Source of the DNA: Candidatus Poribacteria bacterium
GTDB taxonomy: Bacteria > Poribacteria > WGA-4E > WGA-3G
Direction of reading: 5' to 3'
Assembly: GCA_007571305.1 (NCBI GenBank)
Contig: RKRR01000078.1
Coordinates: 19-64,018 of the forward strand
Length of the DNA stretch: 64,000 bases
The translations under genes were made by a program, and so were the position numbers. Shown in pieces: positions 62,475 to 64,000 of the stretch. The notes under the pieces are model-generated. The model had not been told where the DNA came from. It worked only from the letters and a program-made list of their open reading frames with translations, and searched no databases. Each line of letters opens with the position of its first letter. The stretch's first letter is position 1.

Positions 62475-63869
62475 TAGCACCCACAGCGTAAACGCTGGAG
62501 TTTCGGTTTCGTAGCAACTGCAGTTTCCTCAAAGAGGCAACCGTCTTATAATCGCTCCACCCTCAGACAGCTATCCCTGCCCGCAGAATGTTGACAGCCG
62601 CATTGACATCTCGATCGTGGTGCGAACCACATTCAGAACAGGTCCACTGCCGCTCAGAGAGAAAGATCTGCCTTGTGATACCCACACGCTGAACACGGTT
62701 TAGAAGTCGGTGTCCATTGACTGAGTTGACGGAAGACACGATGATGTTTAGAACATTTATACTTCAATATCTCAACAAACTGGTGAAACGCAAGGTCAGA
62801 GACTTTCCGTCCCCACAAACGTTTCATGCCAGCAAGGTTCAACGTCTCCGTGACGATAACATCAAACCTTCTACACAAATCGGTCGCGAGTTTCCAATGC
62901 CAATCTCGGCGTTGATGGCTTATCCTTCTATAGAGACGGGCAACTTGTCTGACACACCGCCACCAGCCCTGAGACCCTTTTGCTTTACGGCTCAGCACCT
63001 TGTGGAGAGACCGAAGTTTGTTCAAGGAGCGTTTCAGAAACTGTGGCGATTGGAGCTTCTCGCCTGTGCTCAATGTCAAATAAGCCTCTTTCAGGCCAAA
63101 ATCTGCCCCAACGCTTTCACCTGTTGTTGGCAGCGGTTCAGTCTCTGTGTGAGTTGTTGTGATATAAAGCCAGTAGTCACCGCAATTATCACGCTTTATC
63201 GTAACTTGGCGAAGCGTTCCATACCACACACGGTGTTTGTAAAACGTATACGGGACTTTCTCAAAAGACCCTTTACCTGTTTTTGTGTGCCATCTTCGGA
63301 AACTCAACGTAAGACGATTGTTTTCCAAATACCAGCCAGCAGCACTCGGATACGTAAGAGACTTAAACTTATGTTGTCTTTTTATTTTCGGTCTACCGCC
63401 AAGTTTCTTGAAAAATCGCTGATGCGCTGCGTCAATCCGCTTCAACTCCTCTTGTATCGCTTGGCTCGGCAACGCCTTCCAATGCGGATGTGTCGTTCGC
63501 TTGAGTTCTGTAAGATGCCCCGACATAGCAAAGTAGTTCGCATACGGCAGTCCGTCTTTATACCGTTGCTGCTGCCATTTATGGAAGTATGCATGCACCT
63601 GCCACATCTCATCAAGCAAGTTGCCAATCCGAATACAATTGGATTGGTCACTAAACTTATACTTATAGGTTTTCATGGTCGGTCTATCAAGTGCCAAGTC
63701 TTTACCCGTGTCAAGTGGGTAGGCAGACACCCCCCTTGTGGTTAGCTTGACAAGTCTGCCAACTTGATACGATTTCAGCCAAAAGTCAAATGTTTGTTGA
63801 TATATCAACCCATTGGTTTTCGCTACGACATCCCAAACCTAAAAGATTGGGTCTTGTAGCGGAAGAGAG
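62471..63869 (-). mobile_element. Non-autonomous IS200/IS605 element (tnpB only; target TTAT, right end TCAC)
   Basis: Left-end hairpin CCCAATCTTTTAGGTTTGGG after TTAT; right-end hairpin then TCAC; removing the element restores AAT CCA TAA. Confidence 0.85.
62563..63676 (-). CDS. tnpB: TnpB RNA-guided nuclease, frameshift in a (CT)n run near 62660
   Basis: RuvC-I GADFG, RuvC-II VTETL, zinc finger CSAC/CSEC, and RuvC-III DRDVNAA in the shifted frame. Confidence 0.9.
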
Positions 63870-64000
63870 ATAAGTCGAAAAGCCACACAACTGACAGGCA
63901 ACGGAAGCAATTATGCCGGTAATTGCTTCGCACCACAGCAGCTGCCTGTTTCCCCATCAACACTGTTCTTGAGCACGTCGTGGGGCAATGTGAAAAGCCA

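Noticed and set aside
62717-63745. 342-aa plus-strand ORF
   Set aside because: Antisense shadow of tnpB
63874-64000. Possible gene end at the window edge
   Set aside because: Too short to assign a frame or function

Overview
Bacterial chromosomal window, most likely from Candidatus Poribacteria (a sponge symbiont). This is inferred from the PhyH, LamG, Kelch, NHL, sulfatase and ASPIC proteins and from a recurrent C-terminal 'V.P..KL.TTW..LK' tail on secreted proteins. It carries housekeeping genes (glnE, gdh, pdxJ, the rnpA-yidD-yidC-jag-mnmE cluster, rimI, groES/groEL, rpsU, aspartate kinase), sugar catabolism and transport genes, and many secreted repeat proteins. Highlights: (1) a hidden selenoprotein (thioredoxin U-G-F-C plus TPR, with a SECIS-like hairpin) that the ORF track splits; (2) a candidate C-terminal sorting signal on five proteins and one pseudogene; (3) three MITE families with different ends that all carry the same GTAG-REP hairpin, one nested inside another; (4) an orphan Cas6 with no array; (5) a tnpB-only IS200/IS605 element with ends resolvable to the base (target TTAT), inserted silently into a stop codon; (6) sigma-54 promoters with palindromic enhancers for groESL and a LamG gene; (7) a probable ATC start codon; (8) an HNH gene in the rpmH position. 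No rRNA, tRNA or CRISPR array was seen. Some frameshifts lie in homopolymer or dinucleotide runs and may be assembly errors.
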